From assembly GCA_963808395.1 (NCBI GenBank), contig CAWEFJ010000031.1, forward strand, positions 190,384-254,383: a DNA stretch of 64,000 nt, given 5' to 3'. The translations under genes were made by a program, and so were the position numbers. The notes under the pieces were generated by a model that was not told the DNA's origin, ran no database searches, and saw only the letters and a list, made by a program, of their open reading frames with translations. Each line of letters opens with the position of its first letter. The stretch's first letter is position 1. This document shows positions 42,600-53,059 of this stretch, piece after piece. Source of the DNA: an uncultured delta proteobacterium. GTDB taxonomy: Bacteria > Desulfobacterota > Desulfobaccia > Desulfobaccales > 0-14-0-80-60-11.

Positions 42600-44292
42600 T
42601 TATTTCTTCTTCTGTTGTTGCAGTTTGGCCCAGGGGTCCTTCAGGGTCACGGTGCGGTTGAACACCAGGGCCCCGGGCGCGGAGTCCTTGAGGTCGGCGC
42701 AAAAGTAGCCCTGGCGCTCAAACTGATAGAAGCTGCCCGGGGCGGCGTCCGCCAGGCTGGGTTCCAGGCGGCAGGAGGGTAGAACCTCCAGGGAATTGGG
42801 GTTGATATCCGCCAGGAAATCTCCCCCGTGTTCGGCCCCGGGTTCGGGCCGGGTGAACAGCCGGTCGTAAAGGCGCACCTCCGCGGGGACGGCGTGGCTG
42901 GCTGAGACCCAGTGCAGGGTGGCCTTCACCTGGCGGCCGTCGGGGGCATAGCCGCCCCGGGTCTCCGGGTCGTAAGTGCAGTGCAGCTCCACCACCTCTC
43001 CGGCCGCGTCCTTCACCACCTCCACGCACTTGATGTAGTAGGCGTAGCGCAGGCGCACCTCCCGGCCCGGGGCCAGACGGTAGAACTTCTTGGGCGGCTC
43101 CTCCATAAAGTCCTCCCGCTCCAGGTACAGTACCCGGGAGAAGGGCACCTTGCGGCTGCCGGCGGCCGGGTCTTCGGGATTGTTCACCGCCTCCAGCTCC
43201 TCCACCCGGCCCTCGGGGTAATTGTCCAGCACCACCTTCAGGGGGCGCAGCACCCCCATCACCCGGGGGGCCCGCCGGTTCAAATCCTCCCGGACGCAGT
43301 ACTCCAGCAGGGCCAGGTCCACCAGGTTCTCCCGTCTGCCCACCCCGATGCGCTCGCAAAAGTGGCGGATGGCCGCGGCGGGGTAACCCCGGCGGCGCAT
43401 CCCGGCCAGAGTGGGCATGCGGGGGTCGTCCCAACCGGCCACGCGGCCCTCGTTCACCAGCTTCAGGAGCTTGCGCTTGCTCATCACCGTGTAGCTGAGG
43501 TTGAGCCTGGCAAATTCGATCTGCTGGGGATGGCAGGGAACCGGCAGGTTATCCAGGGTCCAGTCGTACAGAGGCCGGTGGTCTTCGAACTCCAGGGTGC
43601 AGATGGAATGGGTGATGCCCTCCAGGGCGTCGGAGATGGGGTGGGCGTAATCGTACATGGGGTAGAGGCACCATTTATCCCCGGTGCGGTGATGCTCGGC
43701 GTGGAGAATGCGGTACAGGACCGGATCCCGCATATTGATGTTGGGGGAGGCCATGTCGATTTTGGCCCGCAGGGTTCGGGCCCCGTCAGGGAATTGGCCG
43801 GCCCGCATGCGTTGCAACAGGTCCAGGTTCTCGGCCACCCCGCGGTTCCGGTAGGGGCTCTCCGTGCCCGGCTCCGATGAGGGTGCCGCGGTAGTCCCTG
43901 ACCTGGTCCGCGGTCAAATCGCAGACAAAGGCCTTGCCTTCCCGGACCAGGTGCACCGCGTATTCATACATCGGCTCGAAATAGTCCGAGGCGTAAAACA
44001 GGCGCGAGCCCCAATCGAAGCCCAGCCAGCGCACGTCATGGATAATGGATTCGACATACTCCACCTCTTCCTTGCTGGGATTGGTGTCGTCGAACCTGAG
44101 GTTGCAAAGCCCGCCGAACTGCTGGGCAATGCCGAAGTTGAGGCAGATGGACTTGGCATGGCCGATGTGCAGGTAGCCGTTAGGTTCCGGGGGAAAACGG
44201 GTGCAGACCCGGCCTTCATTCTTGCCGGCGCTCAGGTCGCCGGCCACCAGGTCGCGAATAAAGTCGGAAGGCTGCGCCTCGTTCTCGCTCAT
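42600..44292 (-). CDS. glnS: Glutaminyl-tRNA synthetase (one frame change as assembled near 43860)
   Basis: N-terminal piece 43786-44292 ([17 protein letters not shown]). C-terminal piece 42600-43838 (VMSKRKL = KMSKS, beta-barrel anticodon domain). Confidence 0.9.
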
Positions 44293-44597
44293 CTGGACCT
44301 CTAAAAGAAATTCCCAAAGGTGGTAAATTTAGCCACCCGGGTAATTAATAAACTAAGCCATTCCAGGCCAAAGGCCCTCGCCGGCAGGGGAGCGGCGGTC
44401 CAGCCCCCCGGGCGCCGCCAATTTTGGCCCGGCCCTCATTGATCGCCCCGGGGTTAAATTATATACTAAAAATGGGGGCGATACCCAATAGGGTCCGTGA
44501 CTATTTTGGATTGGCGGACTAACTTACTCAAGTTTCGTCCTGCCAGGGAACTAACTTCCGCAGGCTTTAGTGAGCTAAACTGTGCGGCTCATTTAAG

Positions 44598-45791
44598 ATG
44601 CAATCTAATTTATTCAGTGCTCTGATAATAAAAATGGAAAAGGTCGCGGCAGCTCCCGAACTCCCGCCGGAAAAAAGGACCACTTTGCTAGATCAAGAAC
44701 CTTACGGCGGCTTCGAACAAGGGCCCATTCGCCCTCCCAGCGAAGCCGGGAGCCTCTTGCTCCGGGTGACCCGCAACTGCCCCTGGAACCGCTGCAAGTT
44801 TTGTTCGACCTACAAAGATACCCGGTTCTCCCGGCGCCCGCTGGACCAGGTGATCCGGGATATCGAGGCGGTTTACCTGGCGGTCCAGACCTGCCGCGGC
44901 CAGGGCGGCGAGGCCGCCTGTGACCCGCAGGCCTGGCAGGCTGCGGCCCACTGGCTGCGCCACGGCCAGCAGTCGGTATTCCTCCAGGACGCCGACAGTC
45001 TGGTGATCGGCCCCGCGGATCTGGCCGCTATCCTTTCCCACTTGAGGAAGCGGTTCCCGGGGGTGCGGCGGGTGACCTCCTATGCGCGCTCCAGCACGGT
45101 GGCCCGCCTGAGCCTCGGGGATCTCCAGGCCATCCGGGAGGCGGGTCTGAACCGCCTGCACATCGGCCTGGAATCGGGCGCCAACGAAGTCCTGCGGCTG
45201 GTGCACAAGGGCACCACCCAGAACCAGCAGATTCTGGCGGGCCGCCTGGTGAAACAGGCGGGCCTGGAGCTCTCGGAATATTACATGCCGGGGCTGGGCG
45301 GACGGCGCCTCTGGCGGACCCACGCCCAGGCCACGGCCGCCGCCTTCAACGAAATCAACCCGGATTTCATCCGCTTGCGCACCCTGGCCATTCTTTACGG
45401 CACCCCGCTGCACCAGGATTATCAGGAGGGGCGCTTCGAAAGGTTGACCGACCTGGAAATGGCCCGGGAAGTGCAGCTCTTCCTGGAATCTTTGCGGGGC
45501 ATTACCAGCGTGGTGCAGAGCGACCACTTCCGCAACCTGCTGCCGGAGGTGGAGGGAGTGCTGCCCCAGGACCAGGGGCGCATGCTGGCGGCGGTGGAGA
45601 ATTTCCTCTCCCTGAATCAGGAGGAACAGATGGTTTACCAGGTGGGGCGGCGCACCGGAATCTTCCACGGCCTGGAGGATCTGCAAGACCCCGGCCGCCG
45701 CCGCCTGGCCGAAGAGACCATCTGGAAAAACCGGATCACCCCGGAAAATGTGGATGACCTGATGGCGGAGCTGATGCGGCGCTTTGATTGA
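44598..45791 (+). CDS. Radical SAM protein with CX4CX2C cluster motif
   Basis: 397 aa, GPIRPPSEAGSLLLRVTRNCPWNRCKFCS. The start could also be ATG 44634. Confidence 0.65.
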   Translation: MQSNLFSALIIKMEKVAAAPELPPEKRTTLLDQEPYGGFEQGPIRPPSEAGSLLLRVTRNCPWNRCKFCSTYKDTRFSRRPLDQVIRDIEAVYLAVQTCRGQGGEAACDPQAWQAAAHWLRHGQQSVFLQDADSLVIGPADLAAILSHLRKRFPGVRRVTSYARSSTVARLSLGDLQAIREAGLNRLHIGLESGANEVLRLVHKGTTQNQQILAGRLVKQAGLELSEYYMPGLGGRRLWRTHAQATAAAFNEINPDFIRLRTLAILYGTPLHQDYQEGRFERLTDLEMAREVQLFLESLRGITSVVQSDHFRNLLPEVEGVLPQDQGRMLAAVENFLSLNQEEQMVYQVGRRTGIFHGLEDLQDPGRRRLAEETIWKNRITPENVDDLMAELMRRFD

Positions 45792-46654
45792 TTTTTTAAA
45801 ACCTACAATTCCCCGGATTCCTGGCAGTGCCATTCCAAGGTAGAAACGGGAGCGGAAAAGAGATTAAATTCCCCCTCACCTTCACCCTGGCGCGCTCTGC
45901 CCTTAACAACCTTGAACCTTGAACTCCCTATGAGAACAATTGGCTTCGAGATGAGGATAGTTTTGAAGCCTTCCCTCGCGGCAAGAGGTCTCAATACTTC
46001 TTTGTGCCAGAAACACCTATAGATGCGGCATAATCCCAGTTTAAAGGGCGAAGGTCGTTCAAACGGATAAATTTCGGTTTTTGAGGGATAAGATATTTAG
46101 AGTATATCTGGAATTATTGAAGGATTTGGGATAAGTTGCGAATATGGCAAGATAATCGCGCCCGGTCTATGACTATTCTTTAAGTTCTCTGATTTCTCAT
46201 CGTTTGATACCATCCCCCCGATCCCACGTTTATATGGGGACCGTTGGGGGAAAAATATTCTAATGATTTTTGAAAAACTGCCCTTAAGGTTTAGGCCAAA
46301 AGGGGGATGGCACGAGATGGATGCCAATATTAGGCTTCAGTGAATTATTTTGTATAATTGACACAATCTTAGAATCGTGCTTTAAGTAGAAAAAAATGGG
46401 CTGAAATCATTTCCCAAAGGATCTGGCAAGGATGCCGGGCCTTTCTCGAAATGCTGGTCATTTTGCCGACAGGGAATCATCCCTGGTCCCCCTGCTTGCG
46501 CCGCCAGGGTGGCAACCCATTCTATGATCCAGAATTACAGGATTTGGTTGGCAAGACAATCCGCTGCAACGGCCGCGTCTCTGAATATACCCTGGTGATT
46601 TCCAAGTGGACAGTACTCGAGGGGAAAAGAAACATTGAATAAGGAGTATGGAAG

Positions 46655-47977
46655 ATGAGGCGATATTATTCCATTGTATGGCTTGGTCTAATGATTGCCC
46701 CCTTGCTAATGCTCTTAGGGAATAGTGAAGCAAACCCGGCTGAACAACCGGGCCTCAATTCTATCGGCGACCAGAATCAACAGCTGATTTTATATGACGA
46801 CTTTTCAGGATCAAATCTGGACCCAGCCTATGATATCCATCATGGCCCAGGATATTTGAACATTATGGCCATTCCCGGGATGGGAAACTTCTTAAGGTAC
46901 TATGCCCTGCCGAATGCGGTGGAATTCTCTCACTCCGATCAGTTTATCAATATAGAAAGTTTGGGCCGGCCTTACGTGCCTTCCCTTGCTCTAGCGCGCC
47001 CCTTTCCAGGAGAAGACTGGACTTTTGACACCTTAATTGCCTATGGTTTTCAGCAGCCTAGTAACGGGTGGGCCATCACCCTTTGGATTATTTTTGGAGA
47101 TGATGTCTACCACCGCCAAAATGCCGTCGTCATTGGGCGATACAACGATAATCCGGGAAGGCCGGAGGAACGAGGTTCTCTATCAGTCTCCCTTCTGGAA
47201 GGGGGTAACGGGGTTGGGTCGAAAAATATTCAACTCAATGATAATGACCTATATTTTTTCAGAATTTCCAGAAAAGGCAACAATGTTGAGGTTGGTGTAA
47301 GTAAAGACGGCGATAACTACGACAGCCTCCTCAAAGGCAATTTCAATCCGGATTTTTCCGCCAAGATGCAGTGGATTATGGTTAACGGCACTGCCTTTGC
47401 GCCCGGGGCCTATGCCGATATCAAGTTTTTCAAAGTGACCGGGAAAGAATCCCCGATATCACCAGTTTTCCCAACAAAACCTGAGATTCTGCGTATCCAT
47501 GGCAAACCGGACAAATATGAGTCAGTACCAGCAGAGGACTTAAACCAGGCGATAAAGGCGGGAAAAAATCTGGAGATAAGGTACGCTAGAGTTAGCGGCG
47601 ATCTGAACTTTGCCGGTATCGGCAGACCTGACTTGTCTAACCAACTGATTTTCACTCACTGCACTTTTGATGGTGACGTCAGCGGCGCCGGCATAACCTA
47701 TGATGAAGACGTTGTTTTCGAAGTTTGCGATTTTAAAAAGCGAGTAAATTTTTCCACCTCGCATTTTCAAAAAACAGCAAGTTTCTATGGGTCACGTTTT
47801 GATCAGGATACCCGCTTTATTCTTTCACGCTTTCTGCAAGGGGCCAGCTTTTCAGGTGCAATATTCAAACAAAAGGTCTGGTTCCGGCTCGCCAACTTCG
47901 CCCAACCCACCAGCTTCTATTACTGCAATTTCGAAGGAAATGCTGACTTCTCGTCAACGACTTCTCGAAAACAGTGA
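46655..47977 (+). CDS. Signal-peptide protein with beta-sandwich-like domain followed by pentapeptide repeats; probably the N-terminal part of one long protein
   Basis: 440 aa. N-terminal MRRYYSIVWLGLMIAPLLMLLGNSEA. From ~aa 300 there are 5-residue periodic repeats (VNFSTSHFQKTASFYGSRFDQDTRFILSRFLQGASFSGAIF..). Low G+C. Confidence 0.6.
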   Translation: MRRYYSIVWLGLMIAPLLMLLGNSEANPAEQPGLNSIGDQNQQLILYDDFSGSNLDPAYDIHHGPGYLNIMAIPGMGNFLRYYALPNAVEFSHSDQFINIESLGRPYVPSLALARPFPGEDWTFDTLIAYGFQQPSNGWAITLWIIFGDDVYHRQNAVVIGRYNDNPGRPEERGSLSVSLLEGGNGVGSKNIQLNDNDLYFFRISRKGNNVEVGVSKDGDNYDSLLKGNFNPDFSAKMQWIMVNGTAFAPGAYADIKFFKVTGKESPISPVFPTKPEILRIHGKPDKYESVPAEDLNQAIKAGKNLEIRYARVSGDLNFAGIGRPDLSNQLIFTHCTFDGDVSGAGITYDEDVVFEVCDFKKRVNFSTSHFQKTASFYGSRFDQDTRFILSRFLQGASFSGAIFKQKVWFRLANFAQPTSFYYCNFEGNADFSSTTSRKQ

Positions 47978-49077
47978 GTTTCTCAGATTGCAGCTTCTCT
48001 CCTCCCGAAATTTCTGAAGGCAATATATCCAACATTAATTTCTTCGGTTCCATTTTTAAAGATAAAGCTATGTTCGTCAAAACTTTGCAACGAGACATGG
48101 CTCCTTGGGTAGGAGAGCTAAGCTTCCAGCAGGCTGATCTCCGTCACCTCATAGTGAGTTCAGGCGACCCCAACCTCTTCCAATTGCAATCGGAACAAAC
48201 AGGCCAGGGCCTTTGGGGAATAACCAGCGATATCATTTTGATGAACGCCCGCATTCATACCCTCACTTTTAAGAATGTCTCCCTAAAAGGGACTACTGAT
48301 CTAAGGGGGGCAAAGTATTTGGGCGGTGCGGACTCAATTCAATTCCTGAATGTGGATTTCAATAATTTGAAACTAGATTTCTGGCCCGTAGGCAAGGTTC
48401 TGGCCCCACCCGAAACCCGAGATCGGTTAGTCAATGTTTTTGAATCACCCAAAGAACCCAACAAAATTGCCTCACGCTCCGCCTTCTTTGACCTGCTGGC
48501 GACCAGCGACTATTATTTGAAGTGGCTGCAACAGCCGGAGAAAGAACGCCTGCCATCATACCGAAATTATCTAGGCTACCATCTTTGGAACTTTATCCTC
48601 AAGCCTTTTTGGTTTATTAGCGGATATGGCACAAGTCTGCCGCGTACTTTTTGCTTTGGTGGCGTACTGGTTTTCGGCTTTGCCGTTGCCTTCTTCTTCC
48701 TTGACTTTCGTTACCACCGTCTGGTCCGCATTGAAAAACCTTTAGAGTTTAAAACTCGACTTTCAGAAACTCCCATCCTTTCTTTCGGAGAGACACCCAT
48801 CCCCACGACAGAGCGAGGCAACCTTCTGCCCACCACATTCTGGGCAAAGTTCCTCCAGGTTGCTATTCCCCTTTGGCAAAAAGCCAAGCTGTCCTTATTA
48901 TTAAGCCTTAATACCGTCGCCAAAATAGGGTTTGGCGACATCCGGGTCCAAATAGATGACGATGGCCCTAAAATTTTGCGTCGGATTGCCTGGGCGGCTT
49001 GGGGGATCGGCTATCTGTGGTATGGACTCTTGCTTTACACCTTCATTGCCAACCCAGTCCTTAAGGGGGTCTTTTAA
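47974..49077 (+). CDS. Pentapeptide-repeat continuation fused to a two-TM potassium-channel-like pore module
   Basis: GTG start overlaps the upstream TGA (GTGA). Repeats continue (FSDCSFSPPEISEGNISNINFFGSIF). The C-terminus has a TM helix (FCFGGVLVFGFAVAFFFL), pore-like NTVAKIGFGDI, and a final TM helix. Confidence 0.6.
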   Translation: MSFSDCSFSPPEISEGNISNINFFGSIFKDKAMFVKTLQRDMAPWVGELSFQQADLRHLIVSSGDPNLFQLQSEQTGQGLWGITSDIILMNARIHTLTFKNVSLKGTTDLRGAKYLGGADSIQFLNVDFNNLKLDFWPVGKVLAPPETRDRLVNVFESPKEPNKIASRSAFFDLLATSDYYLKWLQQPEKERLPSYRNYLGYHLWNFILKPFWFISGYGTSLPRTFCFGGVLVFGFAVAFFFLDFRYHRLVRIEKPLEFKTRLSETPILSFGETPIPTTERGNLLPTTFWAKFLQVAIPLWQKAKLSLLLSLNTVAKIGFGDIRVQIDDDGPKILRRIAWAAWGIGYLWYGLLLYTFIANPVLKGVF

Positions 49078-49204
49078 GCCTTTTTAGGTAAGACAGTCTG
49101 GAAGGACATTTTAGTGAATGAAATATAACTGCTATTTATACGCCATTTAAACAATCCAAAATATATTCCGATAGGCTAATCATATATCTTATTTCTAAAA
49201 TATA

Positions 49205-50926
49205 TTAAATCCTCCGTAGCAGTTTCTGCAACTGCGGCCAGGGGCGGGTGTTGAGGACATCGGCGGCTTCCAGCCAGCCTCGCCGGGCCTGGCCGATCCC
49301 TAAGCGCATGAAGTTGAGGTCCGCGATACTGTGGGCGTCGGTGGAAATGGCCACTTTGACCCCCAGGTCCTTGGCCAGCTTGCAGTGGATGTCCACCAGG
49401 TCCAGGCGGTCCGGCTGGGCATCCAGCTCCATGAAGCAGCCCCGTTCTTTGGCGGCCCGCATCAGCCGCTCCATGTCCACCTCATAAGGCTCCCGCCGCT
49501 GGATCAGCCGGCCGCTGGGATGGGCCAGGACGTTAAAATACCGGTTGTCCATGGCCCGGATAATCCTCTCGGTCATCTCCTCCCGGGTAAGGTTGAAGTT
49601 GTAGTGCACCGCGCCCACGGTCAGGTCCAGCCCCTGGAGAATCTCGTCCGGCAAGTCCAGGGAGCCGTCTTCCAGGATATCCACTTCGATAGCCTTCAGA
49701 ATGATAATGCCCGGCAATTTGGCGTTGAGGCGGTCGATCTGGTCCATCTCGGCCGCCAGATTCTTGGCGTCATGACCGTGAACCATGCTCACCCGTTTGG
49801 AGTGGTTGGTGATGGCCAGGTATTGATAACCCCGCTCCCGGGCGGCCTGGGCCATCTCCTCCAGGGTGTTGCGGCCGTCAGTGGCCTGGGTGTGGGTGTG
49901 CAGGTCGCCCTGGATATCCGCCAGGGTGATGAGCCGGGGGAGGCGGCCCTGTTGGGCGGCCTCGATTTCCCCCCGGTCTTCCCGCAGCTCCGGCTCGATG
50001 TAGGGGAGGTCCACCGAGGCGTAAACCTCCGCCTCGGTCTGGCCGGCGAGGCGCGCCTCTCCCCGAAAGACCCCGTATTCATTGATCTTGAGGCCGCGCT
50101 GCACCCCCAGGTGGCGGACCGCGATGTTATGGGCCTTGGAGCCGGTAAAGTAATGGAGCGCCGCGCCATAACTCTCCTGGGGCACCACCCGCAGGTCCAC
50201 CTGCAGGCCGTTGCGCAGCACCACCATGGATTTGGTGTCCCCCCGGGCCAACACCTGGCGCACGTCCTCATAGGTGACGAAGGCGTCCATCACCCGGAAG
50301 GCCTCCCGGCAGGTGACCAGGAGGTCCAGGTCGCCCACGGTCTCTTGACGCCGCCGGTAGCTGCCGGCGGCTATGGCCTCCGCCACCCCCGGCGCCTTCT
50401 TAAGGTGCCGCACCAGGGACTCGGCCACGGGCTCGATAGTCACCAGCTTGTAGCGCTTCTCGGCGGCGCTGAGCTGACCCAGACCCTCCAGGATCATCTG
50501 TTCGATCTTGGGGCCGAAGCCTTTGATCTCCTTGATCTTGCCGCTTTGGGCTGCTTCCTTCAGGTCTGCGGTGCTGGCGATCCCCAGTTTCTGGTGCAGC
50601 AGTTGGACCCGCTTGGGCCCCAGCCCTCCCAGGTTCAGCAAGAGCGCCAGGGCCGGCGGGGTTCGGGCCTCCAACTCCTGGCGCAGGCCCAGGTCCCCGG
50701 TGGTAATAATTTCCCGGATCTTGCCCGCCAGGTCCTGGCCCACCCCGGGAAGCCGGGTAAGATCCTCGCCCCGGGCCGCCAGGTCCGCCAGGCTCTGGGA
50801 CATGCCGCTCACTACCCGGGCCGCGTTGCGATAGGCCCGCACCCGGAAGGGGTTGGCGCCCTCGATCTCCAGTAAATCCGCGACCTTCTCAAAGATTTCG
50901 GCGATGTCTTGGTTGTGGATCGGCAT
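49205..50926 (-). CDS. polX: Family X DNA polymerase with C-terminal PHP domain
   Basis: 573-aa intact ORF. HhH motifs at the N-terminus, GSYRRRQETVGDLDLLV (Pol beta-like nucleotidyltransferase), and a PHP domain (DLHTHTQATDG). Confidence 0.9.
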   Translation of the reverse strand: MPIHNQDIAEIFEKVADLLEIEGANPFRVRAYRNAARVVSGMSQSLADLAARGEDLTRLPGVGQDLAGKIREIITTGDLGLRQELEARTPPALALLLNLGGLGPKRVQLLHQKLGIASTADLKEAAQSGKIKEIKGFGPKIEQMILEGLGQLSAAEKRYKLVTIEPVAESLVRHLKKAPGVAEAIAAGSYRRRQETVGDLDLLVTCREAFRVMDAFVTYEDVRQVLARGDTKSMVVLRNGLQVDLRVVPQESYGAALHYFTGSKAHNIAVRHLGVQRGLKINEYGVFRGEARLAGQTEAEVYASVDLPYIEPELREDRGEIEAAQQGRLPRLITLADIQGDLHTHTQATDGRNTLEEMAQAARERGYQYLAITNHSKRVSMVHGHDAKNLAAEMDQIDRLNAKLPGIIILKAIEVDILEDGSLDLPDEILQGLDLTVGAVHYNFNLTREEMTERIIRAMDNRYFNVLAHPSGRLIQRREPYEVDMERLMRAAKERGCFMELDAQPDRLDLVDIHCKLAKDLGVKVAISTDAHSIADLNFMRLGIGQARRGWLEAADVLNTRPWPQLQKLLRRI

Positions 50927-50993
50927 GGGAAATCCGCTGCGGGCGCCGCCTGCAGTCCTTCCTGCAGCTCAGCGGCTGGGGCGGGATATCTGT

Positions 50994-51186
50994 GGTGTTG
51001 TGCTTCATAAAATAGTATAGCGTTAAAACAAGAAAACCTGGGTTCCAAAGGTATTAAAGTCCCCCTTTGGAAAAGGGGGATTTAGGGGGATTTCAGGAGG
51101 TTATTCTAAATCCCCCCTGCCCCCCTTTTTCAAAGGGGGGTTAAAAACCGTAGTTTGAAATGTCCTGGCAATTATGCAGCATCACC
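50994..51186 (-). repeat. ~190-bp MITE-like repeat family, copy B (inverted)
   Basis: Reverse complement of copies A and C, immediately upstream of the polX start. Confidence 0.85.
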
Positions 51187-51190
51187 CTGG

Positions 51191-51313
51191 AAGCTATTGC
51201 AAAACCCCAGCCTGCCCATAAAGGTCATTCTGCGCGAAGCGAAGCATCTCGTATTTTTAGTGACCTTAGATTCTGTTCAGGATGACAGTGAAATCAGGTT
51301 TTACAATAGCTTC
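51191..51313. repeat. GTCATTCTG..CAGGATGAC MITE family, copy 3 with outer inverted repeat
   Basis: Outer arms GAAGCTATTGCAAAACC (51191-51207) and GGTTTTACAATAGCTTC (51297-51313). Inner arms 51224-51250 and 51262-51286. Copy 2 lies at 32085-32220. Confidence 0.75.
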
Positions 51314-51393
51314 TAGAGGCGGATTTCCTCGCTCAGCGCGAGGCCGGAGAATCGAGGCCGGATGTCTCAGATCGCGGCCGCCGCGGCGCCGCC

Positions 51394-52405
51394 TCAACAG
51401 GTCAGGCATTCTTTGGTGAGCCGCAGGGCCTCCCGGATCATCTGATTGGTATAGCCCCATTCGTTGTCGTACCAGCTCATGACCTTGACCAGGTCGCCGT
51501 CCACCACCTGGGTCATGCTGGGGTCGAAGATGGAGGCGTGGGGGTTGCGATGATATCCGAGGAGACGATGGGGTCCAGCGCATATTCCAGGATGCCTCGA
51601 TAGCGTCGCTGGCGGCCTCTTCCTTGAAGATGGCGTTGATTTCCTCCACGGTGGTGGGCCCTTTCGGTGACGAAAACCAGATCGGCCAGGGAACCCGCAG
51701 GGCACCGGGCAGCGCACCGACACCCCGTCGAATTTCCCCTTGAATTGGGGCAGGGTATTGGTGGTGGCCTTCGCCGCCCCGGTGGAGGTGGGCACCAGGT
51801 TGGCCGCCCCGGCCCGGCCCCGGCGAAATTTCTTGTTGGGCCCGTCCACAATGGCCTGGGAGGAGGTGTAGGCGTGGATGGTGGTCATGATCGCCTTTTT
51901 GACGCCGATCCGCCGGCCCATGATCTCCACCACCGGGGTGATGCAGTTGGTGGTGCAGGAGGCGCAGGAGATCATGCGATCGGCGGCCCCCGGCTTGGTG
52001 ACCCCGTGGACGATGCAGCAGACCTCCTCGCCCTTGGGGGGCGCCGACAGGACCGCGTACTTGGCCCCGGCCGCCAGGTGTTTGCTCAGGCCATCGGACC
52101 TGGGTGAAGAGCCCGGTGCATTCAAAGACGATGTCGACCCCCAAGGCCTTTCCAGGGCAGTTGGGCCGGGTCCCGTTGACGCTCAAAAATTTAATGGTCT
52201 TGCCCGCCACCTTCAGGGCCTCGCCGGCTGCGGCCACCCGATGCTGGTAGCGGCCATAAACGGTATCGTAATTGAGCAAGTAGACCAGATTATCCAGGGC
52301 CATGAGGTCGTTGACCGCCACCAGCTCCAACTCCGGCTGCTCCAGAATAATTTTAAAAGCCGCCCTGCCGATCCTTCCCATGCCGTTAATTGCGACCTTG
52401 GACAT
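51394..52405 (-). CDS. gap: Type I glyceraldehyde-3-phosphate dehydrogenase (at least 3 frame changes as assembled)
   Basis: Start MSKVAINGMGRIGRAAF at 52405, catalytic SCASCTTNC, C-terminal KVMSWYDNEWGYTNQM. Pieces are spread over ORFs 51266-52495, 51394-52125 and other frames. Confidence 0.88.
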
Positions 52406-53059
52406 GCTCAACCTCCTCGGGAAACAGTTATCAAACTCGAAGTCATTTCCAAACCCCTTTGCCGGCCCTGAGCCCCGTGCCGGCTGGCCGCCCATCCTTC
52501 AGGCCGCGGCGGTTTGGAAATAACTTGTTATCGAGTATTATGTCCCAGATGTCTCCGGTAATGCAACCTGGCAATTATTTTATCTGGAAGCGGATTCCAG
52601 CAGTCACTTAAAAAAAGCCTTCGGGGTGGACACCCGGCCGGGAAGGGCCCACCACCCGCCTGAACCCCAGGGGGACTCGGTTCCCCATGGCAAAAACATA
52701 ATCACCTTCGCCGCAGGTGCAAGCGGCCTCCTGCTGCGAGATGAAAATTCGAGTGGGGTATCATACTCTGAACGGACGCGGTGGCGTATCATTTGATTTC
52801 AGGGGAGTAGATTTTTAAGCTGTGTGCATATCAGTTTATGCCTGATCGTCCAAAAGAGATCCTACGCTCTGTGATCTGAACCTCCTGGCGAAGATAATTG
52901 TCGAGATCTCCACAGAGGGTGAACCCACCGAACCTCCTTCCGAGAAGAACCCCCACGCGGTCGCCTTGGGTAAATCGGGCGGCTTGAAAGGTGGCAAAGC
53001 CAGAGCTAAAAAATTATCCGCCGAATAACGGAAAGAACCTGCCAGGAAAGCTGCCAAGG

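Noticed and set aside
46451-46642. 63-aa ORF upstream of the pentapeptide/channel gene.
   Set aside because: No RBS or motif support and a short length. It could be real, but the sequence alone does not support a call.
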